From Solirubrobacteraceae bacterium (GTDB lineage Bacteria; Actinomycetota; Thermoleophilia; Solirubrobacterales; Solirubrobacteraceae): DNA of 64,000 nt. Position numbers and translations under genes: made by a program. Of this stretch, positions 47,576 through 57,294 are shown in pieces; the stretch's first letter is position 1; the number at the start of each line of letters is the position of its first letter. Under the pieces are notes generated by a model. It saw only the letters and a program-made list of their open reading frames with translations. It had not been told where the DNA came from and searched no databases. The DNA lies in NCBI GenBank assembly GCA_035553095.1, contig DATNDZ010000020.1, positions 17,690 to 81,689 on the forward strand, given 5' to 3'.

Positions 47576-48449
47576 CCTGGACCTGGGCAGGCCCACCGGC
47601 GCCTTTCGTGGCGTCAGGGTCACGAGTGCTCCTCTTTGGCGCATTCGCCTCATCCACAGCTTGCCGCGGTGGCTTGTCTCGCTGGCGGCCTTCGCGGGCC
47701 TCTTCGCCAGCGCGCGGTTTGCCGTCGCGCCGCCACGAGGTGCGGCGGCGCCGAGCTTCACGCCAAGTGCACCGGCGCCGGACCGCGCCGCCGAAGGCTA
47801 CGCCGTCCTGTTCGCGCGCCGGTACCTCTCCTGGGATGCGGCAGAGCCTCAGACGAGCGACCTGCCGCTGGAGTCCATGGCGGGATCGGCGATGGCGCTC
47901 GGTGCGGGCCTGTCGCTGCCGGCCGCTGGCGCCCAGCGCGTCGCCTGGGCTGAAGTCGTCCAAGAGCGCGAGCAGCAGCCGGGCGCGCACGTCTACACGG
48001 TCGCGGCGCAGACGGACGGACTTGGTCTCGTATACCTCGCGGTGGGTGTCGCCCGCGAGGCGGACGGGAGCCTCGTCCTGTCGAGCTACCCGGCGTTCGT
48101 CGGGCCGCCGGCGCACCGAGGCGCACAGTTCCCGCCGACCGGACCGCAGGTGACCGACGGTGGGCTCACCTCCGTGGTCCGCCGTGCGCTTCGCAACTAC
48201 CTCGCAGCAGTGCCGGACGAGTTGGACGCCGATCTGTCGAGCGATGCGCGCGTGGCCGTGCCGAGCGTTGCACTGACCCTCGACAGCGTGCAGAGCATCG
48301 CTTGGTCGAACGACCACCACTCACTTGTGACGATCATCCAGGCGCACGACCTCCGCGGTACGCACTACACGCTCGGCTACGAACTCGACGTCACCGACGT
48401 CCACAGCCGATGGGAGATATCGGCCGTCGGAATGGACCCCGAGCAATGA
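47505..48449 (+). CDS. TcpC-like (VirB8-like) conjugal transfer protein
   Basis: One TM, then AEGYAVLFARRYLSW, VYLAVGV, YPAFVGPP, VRRALRNYL, YTLGYELDV..RWEI (two-domain pattern); start may be ~47565. Confidence 0.75.
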   Translation: MSQELRCETTRPIPAPRSSALSGDLDLGRPTGAFRGVRVTSAPLWRIRLIHSLPRWLVSLAAFAGLFASARFAVAPPRGAAAPSFTPSAPAPDRAAEGYAVLFARRYLSWDAAEPQTSDLPLESMAGSAMALGAGLSLPAAGAQRVAWAEVVQEREQQPGAHVYTVAAQTDGLGLVYLAVGVAREADGSLVLSSYPAFVGPPAHRGAQFPPTGPQVTDGGLTSVVRRALRNYLAAVPDELDADLSSDARVAVPSVALTLDSVQSIAWSNDHHSLVTIIQAHDLRGTHYTLGYELDVTDVHSRWEISAVGMDPEQ

Positions 48450-48883
48450 TCGAGCTGGACGACAGGCACGCTGAACGGACACGGCGAGTCCGCGCCTGTC
48501 CACGCTGGCACTCGGTCGTGTCGTGCGCCGGACTCGCGCTGGCGCTCATCTGTATCGCGACCTGCCAGTCGGCGCTTGCGCCGACGGACGCCGCGGCGGC
48601 AGTTTCCACCGGCGCAGGCGGCGCCGAACGCCTCCAGCCGACGGGCGGAGGTGGGACCTCGCTCGAAGCCGCCGCCGCCAAGGCGGGGGCGACCGGCCGC
48701 GCGGTTGCGATGAGTCTGATCGGCCTCGCCTTTGCCGTGGCCGCGACGGTGCTCGCATTCCGTCGTGATTTCAAGGAGGCCGCGGGCGTATTTGCGGTCG
48801 GCATCGTCTCGGTGCTGCTGGCGACTCCGACCGGTATCAGCCTGCTGCGCGCCACCGTGGGATCGCTGTTCGGGGGGCAGTGA
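48446..48883 (+). CDS. Small VirB2/pilin-like or TcpD-like membrane protein
   Basis: Signal-like segment, then two TM helices joined by the basic loop FRRDFKE; ATGA and GTGA coupling. Confidence 0.6.
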   Translation: MIELDDRHAERTRRVRACPRWHSVVSCAGLALALICIATCQSALAPTDAAAAVSTGAGGAERLQPTGGGGTSLEAAAAKAGATGRAVAMSLIGLAFAVAATVLAFRRDFKEAAGVFAVGIVSVLLATPTGISLLRATVGSLFGGQ

Positions 48884-49482
48884 TGGTGATCCGCTCGTAT
48901 CGTCGCGTGTTCGATCTGGAGCGTCGCATATACAGGATCGACCGAGTGCGGCTCAACCCCGGCGGCATACCGGTGCGGGGGCTGGCCTACTTCCTCTCGC
49001 TGCTGCTCACGACGCTGGTGGCCGAGCGGTTGCCCCTTGTGCGACTCGTCGGCCAGGTCGTGCCCTGGTACGTTCGCGATCTCGGATTTCCGCTGGCGCT
49101 CTCGTCCATCCTCGGCGTCATCCGCATCGAGGGTCGTCCCTTTCATCTCGCCGCGCGGTCCCTGCTCGCCTGCGCCGTGGGCCCTCGCCGGAGGATCGGC
49201 CTGATCCGGCCGTGCCGATCGTCGCGCGCGCCCTTCTCGATCTGGCGGCCGGACCGATTGGTGATGGTGCCCGATGGCTCCGATAGTCGCATGCGATCGC
49301 TCAGCTACCGGGGCCCGGGCGCGCTCTTCGTGGCCGTCGCGCACGAACGCAGACTGAGGCGGGGGCCGCTGGTGGCGCTGAGGCTGAGGTCCGAGCTGGC
49401 GCTGCGCGAGCTGGACGTCGCGCGTCCAGCGCGCGGCGAGATCGTCGTGCTCGATCGCGGGGCGCGCTTGCGCGTCGGATAA
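48880..49482 (+). CDS. TcpE-like (VirB3-like) conjugal transfer membrane protein
   Basis: IRSYRRVFDLERRIYRID..GIPVR, two TM, IEGRP; directly upstream of the VirB4-like ATPase. Confidence 0.78.
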   Translation: MMVIRSYRRVFDLERRIYRIDRVRLNPGGIPVRGLAYFLSLLLTTLVAERLPLVRLVGQVVPWYVRDLGFPLALSSILGVIRIEGRPFHLAARSLLACAVGPRRRIGLIRPCRSSRAPFSIWRPDRLVMVPDGSDSRMRSLSYRGPGALFVAVAHERRLRRGPLVALRLRSELALRELDVARPARGEIVVLDRGARLRVG

Positions 49483-51927
49483 GTGCGCGCACCTATCCGC
49501 TTCACCTACGGCAACTGCGTGTTCGCCGGTGGCCTCGCCGACCCGTGGGCCGCATTTCATGTCGACACCTCGTCCTACGAATGGCTCGGGGAGGAGGCCA
49601 AGCGGACCCGCTTCCTGGGGCTGCTTGGCGCCCTCGAGGCGATTGAAGCCGACGTGCAGGTGCTGCGCCTGGCGCGCCGGCCCTCCCATGATCGCTACGT
49701 GCTGGAGCTCGAGGAGGAGGTGAGCCGACTCGCCCGCAGCGAGCCGCACGCGAGCTCGCGCAGGAACTACCTGCACGAGCATCTGCGCAGGATCGCCGAG
49801 CTCGGGTCCACAACGCCGTCGCTGTTCGTGCTCGTGAGCCTCCGCGAACCGGAGCGTGACGTCGCCTCCTACGTCTCCAAGGTCGTGGAACGCAAGCCCG
49901 GCGAATGGAGGCGCGCACTCGCGGAGGCGTTCGGGCTCGGGGATGCGTCGGTGCTGAGGGCCCGCGAGCTCGAGCGGGTACGCCTCCGCGCCGATCGGGC
50001 TCACGCACGCCTGCGCAAGTTCCTGCCCGCGCGCCCCGCCCGCGGCGTCGAGCTGCAGTGGCTCGTCAGACGGGCCTTCTGCCGCAGCCTCGACGAGCCC
50101 GACGTCGACGGTTTGCATGAGCCGCGAGCGCTCGTCTTCGAGCGCAACGGCGAAGCCGTGTTGGCTCCGTTGGAGGGAGACGTCCTGCGCTGGGTAGACA
50201 GCAGCGTCGAGCACCACGGCCGCTTCCTGCGGGTGGAATCGGAGCGCGGAACCAGCTGGCAGGCGCACCTGCTGCTTGGAGCCGTGCCCGACCAGGTGGA
50301 GTTCCCCAGCTCGCGTGCGGAGCTGATGTTCGCGCCGCCCGAAAGCCTGCCGTTTGGGATCGACCTGTCGCTCAACGCACGCTTCCTTCCGAACGAGTTG
50401 GCACTGCGGATCGCACGCAGGCGCATCCAGGACGCCGACCAGATCGTGCGCGCCGAGTCCGACGGCGAGCAGGGTGTGAGCGATCTCGGCTTTGCCCGTT
50501 CCCAGCAAGCGCGCGACCTGCTCGCGCACCTCCAGGCTTCGCGTCGCCCGCCCCTGCTGCGGGCGACGCTGGCGATAGCCGTTTCGGCGCCCGATCAACG
50601 AACCCTCGAGGAGCGGGTCGAGCTGTGCCGGCGCGCGTATGGCGAGATCCGCCTCTATCGCCCTCTCGGGGAGCAGCTTCAACTGTTCCTCCAGCACCTC
50701 CCGGCTCAGCGAACTCGGGTGACCGGCTACGACGACACGTTCACCGTGGAGCAGGTCTCGGCGATGATGCCCACGGCCACACACGCCGTCGGATCGCCTG
50801 GTGGCTTCTATCTCGGTTACACGCTGACCGGCTCCAGGCAGCCCGTGAGGTTCAACCTGCGCGAGGGCTCCGACAGCGACCGCAACACCACGGTCTTGAG
50901 CGTCGGCGCGCTCGGGTCCGGAAAGACGACGCTCGACCAGAAGCTCAAGTACGAGGGGTTCCTGCTGGGGGCTCGAGTGATCGACTGCGACCCCAAGGGC
51001 GACCATCGCTTCCACCTGCTCGACGACGTCGCGCCGCACGCCGAGTGCGTCACCCTGCGCCCCGACCCTGCATTGCGGGGGATGCTCGACCCGCTCAGGA
51101 TCGCCCCGCCGCATCTGCGCCAGGACGCGGCCGTCTCCTTCCTGCGCGACCTGCTCCCGACGCGCGCCGAGCCGAGCTGGGAGACGGCGCTAGTAGCGGC
51201 CGTCGATCGGGTGACTCGCGGCGCACGGCCGACCTGCGCCGAGGTCGTGCGAGCGCTGCACCAGGGAGACGCCGTCGATCGGCAGGTCGGCAAGGCGCTC
51301 GAGGTATACGCGCGCTCGGGACTCACCCAGCTCGGCTTCGCCGAGGCGGGCGTGTCGCTGCCGCCGATCGGACAGCGCCAGGTCACATACCTGCCCATCC
51401 GCGATCTTCCTGGACCCGAGCCGGGTACCTCGCGCGGCGACTACCTGCAGTCGGAGCGCATCGGCGAGCAGATCGTGCGGCTGATCGCGATGTTCGCGAT
51501 GCAGCTGATGGCGGCCGAACGCGGTCGTTTGAAGTTGTTCTCCTTCGACGAGGGATGGCGCCTCCTTGGCGATCCGGCGGGGCGAAGCCTGTTGGCTTCG
51601 CTGCAGCGCATGGGCCGCTCGGAGCTCGCCGTGCCGATCATCAGCACGCAGCTCGTCAGCGACACTCTGATCGGAGAGCGCGAGTCGCTCGCGAACCTGC
51701 TTGGCGCAACCTTCGTCTTCGGGATGCGCTCCGAAGCCGAGGCGGCGCGCGCCCTCGCGCTGCTCGGGCTCGACCCGGAGCGGGCAAGCCTGCGGCAGGA
51801 CCTGCTCGAGCTGGAGGCCGGACGCTGCCTGTTCCGCGATCACCGTGGACGCGTCGAGGCGATCCAGGTGGATGTCGTGGTCCCTTCGCTGCTGCGCGCC
51901 TTCTCGACCACTCCAGGCCGATCGTGA
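49483..51927 (+). CDS. VirB4-like ATPase (TcpF/ConE family)
   Basis: 814 aa; Walker A GALGSGKT, DCDPKGD, Walker B FSFDEGW, RMGRS, STQ, GRCLFRDHRGRV. Confidence 0.88.
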   Translation: MRAPIRFTYGNCVFAGGLADPWAAFHVDTSSYEWLGEEAKRTRFLGLLGALEAIEADVQVLRLARRPSHDRYVLELEEEVSRLARSEPHASSRRNYLHEHLRRIAELGSTTPSLFVLVSLREPERDVASYVSKVVERKPGEWRRALAEAFGLGDASVLRARELERVRLRADRAHARLRKFLPARPARGVELQWLVRRAFCRSLDEPDVDGLHEPRALVFERNGEAVLAPLEGDVLRWVDSSVEHHGRFLRVESERGTSWQAHLLLGAVPDQVEFPSSRAELMFAPPESLPFGIDLSLNARFLPNELALRIARRRIQDADQIVRAESDGEQGVSDLGFARSQQARDLLAHLQASRRPPLLRATLAIAVSAPDQRTLEERVELCRRAYGEIRLYRPLGEQLQLFLQHLPAQRTRVTGYDDTFTVEQVSAMMPTATHAVGSPGGFYLGYTLTGSRQPVRFNLREGSDSDRNTTVLSVGALGSGKTTLDQKLKYEGFLLGARVIDCDPKGDHRFHLLDDVAPHAECVTLRPDPALRGMLDPLRIAPPHLRQDAAVSFLRDLLPTRAEPSWETALVAAVDRVTRGARPTCAEVVRALHQGDAVDRQVGKALEVYARSGLTQLGFAEAGVSLPPIGQRQVTYLPIRDLPGPEPGTSRGDYLQSERIGEQIVRLIAMFAMQLMAAERGRLKLFSFDEGWRLLGDPAGRSLLASLQRMGRSELAVPIISTQLVSDTLIGERESLANLLGATFVFGMRSEAEAARALALLGLDPERASLRQDLLELEAGRCLFRDHRGRVEAIQVDVVVPSLLRAFSTTPGRS

Positions 51928-54482
51928 GCCGCGGCCGGCGGCGAGCGACGGCCGCGACGGTCGCGGCCGTCGCCGCGCTTCTGCTCTTGGCATGGTCGAG
52001 CGCTCGGGCTGCCGAGCCCACCGCAAACGGTCACCGAGGAGGCGTGGACAAGCCTGCGCCAGCGCGTTCGCCGCAGAGCCCGCCGTTGCTGGACGGGGCC
52101 GCGGCGGGTGCGCTGGGCGGAGACGAACCTGACGCCGGAGGCTCACCCCAAGCCGAAACCGATCCGCTCGTGCGCAACGGGCTCGGCAGCCCGCTGTGCA
52201 CGGGCGCGCCTGGCGGCGCGGCGCTCGCAGCGAGCAGCCGACGCGACTGCGAAACGTCAGGCTTCGTGGCGGCGGCAGCCCCGACCGGCAACTTCGGAAT
52301 CGACATACACATCGACACCGGGTTGCTCGGGCTCAGCTCGGCTCAGCTGCTTTCGATCGTCCAGAACCTCTTCGTCACGCCGCTGTGGATGGCGCTCGTG
52401 TGGGCGGTGCACGCGGTCGTGGTCATGCTCGAGTGGTGTTTCACGATCGATCTGCTCGGCGGCGAGGAGCTGCGGGGCGGTGTGGCCCGCGGTCTGCACG
52501 AGATGGAGGCCGCGATCACGATGCCATGGCTGGCGCTCGTCCTGGCGATCGCGTCGGTGCTCTGCGCCTACGAGGGACTGGTCCGCAGGCGGGTGGCAGA
52601 GAGCGTGGCGCAGGTGCTGGCTGCGCTCGTGATGATGGCGGGTGGCGTGTGGGTCACGGTCGATCCGGCCGGTACGGTCGGGGCGCTGGGCAACTGGGCC
52701 AACCAGGCAAGCCTGGGGACGCTCGCGGTTGCCTCGCGCGGCACCCCGGCCGACCCGGGGGGCTCGCTCGCGACCGGCATGGGCCTCGTCTTTGCGACTG
52801 CCGTCGAAGTGCCCTGGTGCTATCTCGAGTTCGGCGACGTCGACTGGTGTCGCGAGCCGTCGCGCCTCGATCCGCAGCTACACGCTGCGGCCCTGGCACT
52901 GGCCAAGTCCGAGTTGAACGACGCGGGCTGTAGGGGTGGCGATGCGCTCGCAGGATGCACCACTCGCGCAGGATCGGACGCGAACGGGCTCGTGCAGAGT
53001 GCTCGTCTGCTTCGCGCTGCGCGCACGAACGGAGCGATCTTCCTCGCACTTCCGCCGAACGGCCCGGCGCGCAACGCGATCAATGATCCGGCGTCGCTGC
53101 TGCGGGCGATCTGCCGCACCGAAACCGCGACCGATTGCCGTGGCCCGGCGGCGGCTGCGGCCGAGTTTCGTACCAACCGCGGCACCTGGTCGAGAGTCGG
53201 TGGACTCCTGCTGATCGCAGCCGGAGTCGTCGGGATGCTCTTGCTGCTCTGCTTTCTGGCGCTGCGCCTGTTGGGCGCGGCGATCTTCAGCCTGCTGTTT
53301 CTGATGCTCGCGCCGGTCGCGGCGCTGGCGCCGGCGCTCGGCGAGCCGGGTCGGGCTGCGTTTCGCAAATGGGGCGCCCAGCTGCTTGGCGCCACCGTCT
53401 CGAAGCTGCTGTTCGCCTTCCTGCTCGGCGTCGTGCTCGCGATCCTGGCGATCATCGAGCACCTCGAAGCCTTGGGCTGGTGGACGCGATGGCTGCTGAT
53501 GTCTGCTTTCTGGTGGGGCCTGTTTGTCCGCCGCCACCAAATCCTGGCGCTCGCCGGCGGTGGACGCGATCTCGAACGAAGCCTCCACCGGCGACCGACG
53601 TTGCGTCGCGTCAGTAGTGCGCTCGACGCGGGCACGAGAATGAGCGAGCGCGTGCGCGGGAGGGGAGAGCGCTCGCGAGGACCGGCGCCCGAGCTCGACA
53701 CCGAGACGGCACGCACGCCGCGCCGGCTCCCTGCCGGCGAGCGGGTCGCGAGTGACGCGGAGCGCGGCGGGTCGCCCGGGGCGGTGGCGTCCGGGAGCCC
53801 GACGCCCACCGCCGAGGCGGCCGTCCCGGCTGGGGAGATCGCGGGGTGGCCGTACGGGAGCGCTCACGCCGACGACGACAGCGCCGGCGGCGGCGATGAC
53901 ATGGCGCGCCTGAGGCACATTGCCGACCAGCGCACGCAGGCGCTGATGGTCGGCAACGTTCGGCGAGCCGCTCGACTGGCGACGCGGGCGCAGCGGATCG
54001 CACACTCAGGCCGCCAAGCGACGCCTCGCGAAGCGGTACCGCAAAGGGGTGACGCAAGCTCCGAGGCGCGGACCCGGCACGAGCGGTTCCTCGACGTCCA
54101 GTCGAGGCTGGCTGCGGGCGAGGGTCGAGGCGGCGGGGCGGCCGGCCGGCGCAGCTACCCCTCGCTCGCCGGGATCGCTGGATACGGCCGGCAGGAATAC
54201 GCGGAGCTCGACGCGGCCGCGAAGCGGGCAGCGCGCGAGAAGATCGACCGCGAGCTGGCGCTTCGAAAGGAGCGGGCCCCGATCCGCCGCTCCGCGGCGG
54301 CGCCGATCTCGAGCAATCCACACAGCGAAGGCGACGGCTCCAGGGCCAAGCCCCTGCATCGCGGCCCCGTGTCTGCACCGAGACGTCCCGGAGCGAGCAG
54401 GCCGACGGAATCGGAGGTCATGCGAGATGCACGCGAGGTCGCGGCCGGGCGCAAACGTGAACTCGGTCCCGGACGGCCATGA
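51924..54482 (+). CDS. VirB6-like polytopic membrane protein (TcpH/ConG-like) with long charged C-terminal tail
   Basis: GTG overlaps the ATPase stop; signal peptide, several TM clusters, PWCYLEFG loop, AAFRKW..LLG motif. Confidence 0.78.
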   Translation: MSRGRRRATAATVAAVAALLLLAWSSARAAEPTANGHRGGVDKPAPARSPQSPPLLDGAAAGALGGDEPDAGGSPQAETDPLVRNGLGSPLCTGAPGGAALAASSRRDCETSGFVAAAAPTGNFGIDIHIDTGLLGLSSAQLLSIVQNLFVTPLWMALVWAVHAVVVMLEWCFTIDLLGGEELRGGVARGLHEMEAAITMPWLALVLAIASVLCAYEGLVRRRVAESVAQVLAALVMMAGGVWVTVDPAGTVGALGNWANQASLGTLAVASRGTPADPGGSLATGMGLVFATAVEVPWCYLEFGDVDWCREPSRLDPQLHAAALALAKSELNDAGCRGGDALAGCTTRAGSDANGLVQSARLLRAARTNGAIFLALPPNGPARNAINDPASLLRAICRTETATDCRGPAAAAAEFRTNRGTWSRVGGLLLIAAGVVGMLLLLCFLALRLLGAAIFSLLFLMLAPVAALAPALGEPGRAAFRKWGAQLLGATVSKLLFAFLLGVVLAILAIIEHLEALGWWTRWLLMSAFWWGLFVRRHQILALAGGGRDLERSLHRRPTLRRVSSALDAGTRMSERVRGRGERSRGPAPELDTETARTPRRLPAGERVASDAERGGSPGAVASGSPTPTAEAAVPAGEIAGWPYGSAHADDDSAGGGDDMARLRHIADQRTQALMVGNVRRAARLATRAQRIAHSGRQATPREAVPQRGDASSEARTRHERFLDVQSRLAAGEGRGGGAAGRRSYPSLAGIAGYGRQEYAELDAAAKRAAREKIDRELALRKERAPIRRSAAAPISSNPHSEGDGSRAKPLHRGPVSAPRRPGASRPTESEVMRDAREVAAGRKRELGPGRP

Positions 54483-55660
54483 CGGCGGGATCGATCGCCG
54501 AGGAAGCCCGCCCGCGAGGGCGAGGCGGTGGCGCGCTGACGGCAGCAACCTCGGCGGCGCTGCTCGGCCTGCTGATGGCGCTCGCGGTCGTCGCAGGAAT
54601 CACCGGCGCCTCGCTGGGTCCCGAGGCCGCTGTGGAAGGCGCCGGCGATTCACCTTCGGCGTTCGCGAGCCGCGAGATCCCGGCGCCGTCCCTGCTCCTC
54701 TATCAGCGAGCTGCCCAGCGCTACCGGATCGACTGGGCGATCCTGGCGGCGATCGGCGAGGTCGAGTGCAACCAGGGTCGCGACGCCGATCCGTCGTGCT
54801 GGCGCGAGGGCGCCACCAACTCGGCCGGCGCCGGCGGTCCGATGCAGTTCATCGCCTCGACGTGGGCCACTTATGGGGTCGACGGGGATGGGGACGGGAG
54901 GATCGACCGCTGGGCTCCCGCTGACGCGATCTATGGCGCGGCCAACTACCTCGCGCACACCGGCGCTCCGCGCGACTACCGGCGAGCAATCCTCGCCTAC
55001 AACCACGCCGGCTGGTACCTGGACGAGGTTCGGACGTGGGCAGCGCGATACCGCGGCTCGGCTCTACCGACGTCCTCGGATGCAGCGCTGACGATTGGGA
55101 GCTCGTCGGGAGACAGGATGGGGCAGCCGGCCGGCGCGGACACGCTCCTGCGCTCTCAGACCATCACGCCCGTCCGCTTCATCGCCGGGGAACGCGCGCA
55201 GCTGGCTCCGGGAGACGGGCACGCGGCGCTGATCCCGGTCGGCGTGCCGGCGGTCGTGCAGGCCATGGTGGTGGCCGCCGATGAGCTCCAGAGCCTGCCC
55301 TACGGACCCGGTGGACATCCGGATCCGCGCGGCGCGTTGGAGGAGGATTGCTCGAGCACCATCAACTACGTGCTCTACAGGTCGGGCCTCAGGCCGATCT
55401 CAGAAATCCTCGCGCAGAACCCGGTCGCCCAGGACTATGTGCACTGGGGCGAGCCCGGCCCGGGGCGTTGGGTCACGATCTACGCCACCGCAAGTCCGAC
55501 GGCGCATGCGTTCATGGTGGTGGCGGGGCTTCGCCTCGACACGAGCCACGACGGCACCGACGTCGGTCCCAGCCGCCTCGAAGACGGTCCGCGCTGGCGC
55601 CTGCTCGACCACATACCGACCTGGGCGCACTGGTCGGTGCGCCACCCGCCGGGGCTTTAG
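54479..55660 (+). CDS. Bifunctional peptidoglycan hydrolase: lytic transglycosylase plus NlpC/P60-like domain
   Basis: WAILAAIGEVE, AGGPMQF, AANYL, LAYNHA; C-terminal DCSSTINYVL..HAFMVVAGLRLDTS. Confidence 0.85.
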   Translation: MTAGSIAEEARPRGRGGGALTAATSAALLGLLMALAVVAGITGASLGPEAAVEGAGDSPSAFASREIPAPSLLLYQRAAQRYRIDWAILAAIGEVECNQGRDADPSCWREGATNSAGAGGPMQFIASTWATYGVDGDGDGRIDRWAPADAIYGAANYLAHTGAPRDYRRAILAYNHAGWYLDEVRTWAARYRGSALPTSSDAALTIGSSSGDRMGQPAGADTLLRSQTITPVRFIAGERAQLAPGDGHAALIPVGVPAVVQAMVVAADELQSLPYGPGGHPDPRGALEEDCSSTINYVLYRSGLRPISEILAQNPVAQDYVHWGEPGPGRWVTIYATASPTAHAFMVVAGLRLDTSHDGTDVGPSRLEDGPRWRLLDHIPTWAHWSVRHPPGL

Positions 55661-55686
55661 CCCCGCGCCGAACGGGCCGCGGCGGC

Positions 55687-55953
55687 TCAGCCGGCCATCG
55701 TCGCTTCGAGGCTTTTTTTGGCGAACTCGAGCATTCCGAGCGATACCCACGGGTACTGCCCTGCGCGCACACGCAGCCCGACCTCGCCGTCGGGCCCTGA
55801 GACCTCGACGATCGTGATCACGCGTCCGATCTTGTAGCCGTCGCCGAAGTCGGCTTCGATGGCGTCCATCTGCTCGGCGACTTCGTGCATGAGCTTGCCG
55901 CGGGGATCCGGCTCCTCGCCGCCCGCCTGGGGAGTGTCCTCGGTGCCGGCCAT
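55687..55953 (-). CDS. Small hypothetical protein (88 aa)
   Basis: AGGAGG RBS before ATG 55953; GC3 codons. Confidence 0.72.
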   Translation of the reverse strand: MAGTEDTPQAGGEEPDPRGKLMHEVAEQMDAIEADFGDGYKIGRVITIVEVSGPDGEVGLRVRAGQYPWVSLGMLEFAKKSLEATMAG

Positions 55954-56036
55954 TTGTCCTCCTGGTTGGGAAGTCCGGGTAGGCGAATCATCGCATCGAT
56001 GCTGCGCGCTTTGAGCTTCTTGCATAAGGTGGCGCC

Positions 56037-57275
56037 ATGACCACCCGCAGAGTGGAGTACCTGCTTATCGGGGGCGGCCTGGCATCGGCCAACGCGGCGC
56101 GCTGGCTGCGCGAGGAAGGCGCCGACGGCGAGGTCGTGATCGTCGGCCGCGAGCCGGACCCGCCGTACAACCGCCCGGAGTGCTCCAAGGGGTACCTGCG
56201 CGCCGAGGAGCAGCGCGAGGAGACCTTCTTCCGGCCGAACGAGTGGTGGGGCGAGCAGGGGATCGAGCTGCTGCTGCGCACGAGCGTGACGGCGCTCGAC
56301 CTGCAGGCGCGCACGGCCAAGCTCTCGAACAAGGAGGAGCTCGAGTTCGGCAAGGTGCTCTTGGCGACGGGCGCGAACGTGCGCCGCCTCAACGTCGACG
56401 GCTGCCAGCTCGAGCAGATCCACTACCTGCGCACGCTCGGCAACGCCGACGCGATCCGCGCGGGCGTGGAGGGCGCCGAGCGGGTGGTGATGATCGGCGG
56501 CTCCTACATCGGCTGCGAGGTCGCCGCGTCGCTGACCAAGCTCGGCAAACGCTGCACGATCGTGATGCAGGAGGGGCACACGCTCGAGCGCGGCTTCGGC
56601 GCCACGGCGGGCGCCTTCTTCCAGCAGCTGCTCGAATCCCACGGCGTCACGGTCCACGCGAACGACGAGCTCGAGCGCTTCGACGGCGAGGGCAGCGTGG
56701 CGAAGGTGATCACGCGCGCCGGGCTCGAGCTGGCGGCGGACGCCGTCGTGATCGGCGCCGGCGTCAGCCCCGACGTCCAGCTCGCTCAGCGCGCCGGCCT
56801 TCAGGTCGGCGAGCGCGGTGGCGTCATCTGCTCCTCGCGCTTGGAAACGGCCGCCGAAGGCGTGTTCGCGGCGGGCGACATCTGCGAATACGACTCGGTC
56901 GTGCACGGCGGCGCGCCGGTGCGCATCGAGCACTGGGACGTCGCCTTCAACCACGGCAAGACGGCCGCGCTGAACATGCTCGGCCGCGATCTCCCCCACG
57001 CGGAGGTTCCGTACTTCTACTCGGTGTTCGCCGACTGGGGCGAACTGGAGTACGTCGGTCCCGCGTATGGGTGGGACGAGGAGATCGTGCGCGGCTCACT
57101 CGAGGACGGCGAGTTCACCAACTGGTACCTGCAGGAGGGCGTGGTCAAGGCCGCGCTCACGTGGGGCCGCTCGGGCGACCTCGACGCGGCCCGCGCGCTG
57201 ATCGTCGAGGGCAAGGCGCTCGACCAGGCGCAGCGCGCGGCGTTGGCCGATGTCGATGCCTCTTTGGATTTTTAA
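56037..57275 (+). CDS. FAD/NAD(P)-dependent oxidoreductase (ferredoxin reductase-like)
   Basis: IGGGLA, PYNRP..SK, LATGA, IGGSYIGCE, FAAGD, RIEHW, VPYFYS. Confidence 0.92.
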   Translation: MTTRRVEYLLIGGGLASANAARWLREEGADGEVVIVGREPDPPYNRPECSKGYLRAEEQREETFFRPNEWWGEQGIELLLRTSVTALDLQARTAKLSNKEELEFGKVLLATGANVRRLNVDGCQLEQIHYLRTLGNADAIRAGVEGAERVVMIGGSYIGCEVAASLTKLGKRCTIVMQEGHTLERGFGATAGAFFQQLLESHGVTVHANDELERFDGEGSVAKVITRAGLELAADAVVIGAGVSPDVQLAQRAGLQVGERGGVICSSRLETAAEGVFAAGDICEYDSVVHGGAPVRIEHWDVAFNHGKTAALNMLGRDLPHAEVPYFYSVFADWGELEYVGPAYGWDEEIVRGSLEDGEFTNWYLQEGVVKAALTWGRSGDLDAARALIVEGKALDQAQRAALADVDASLDF

Positions 57276-57294
57276 TCAATAGAAATCAAAACCG

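Noticed and set aside
50625-51923. N-terminal 433 aa of the 1285-aa ORF
   Set aside because: Out-of-frame overlap with the VirB4-like gene; the likely start is GTG 51924. The same logic trims 58924..62043, 61071..63716 and 39929..42058
46141-55660. Calling the Tcp-like cluster an ICE or mobile element
   Set aside because: No integrase, relaxase, coupling protein or flanking direct repeats seen; annotated as CDSs only
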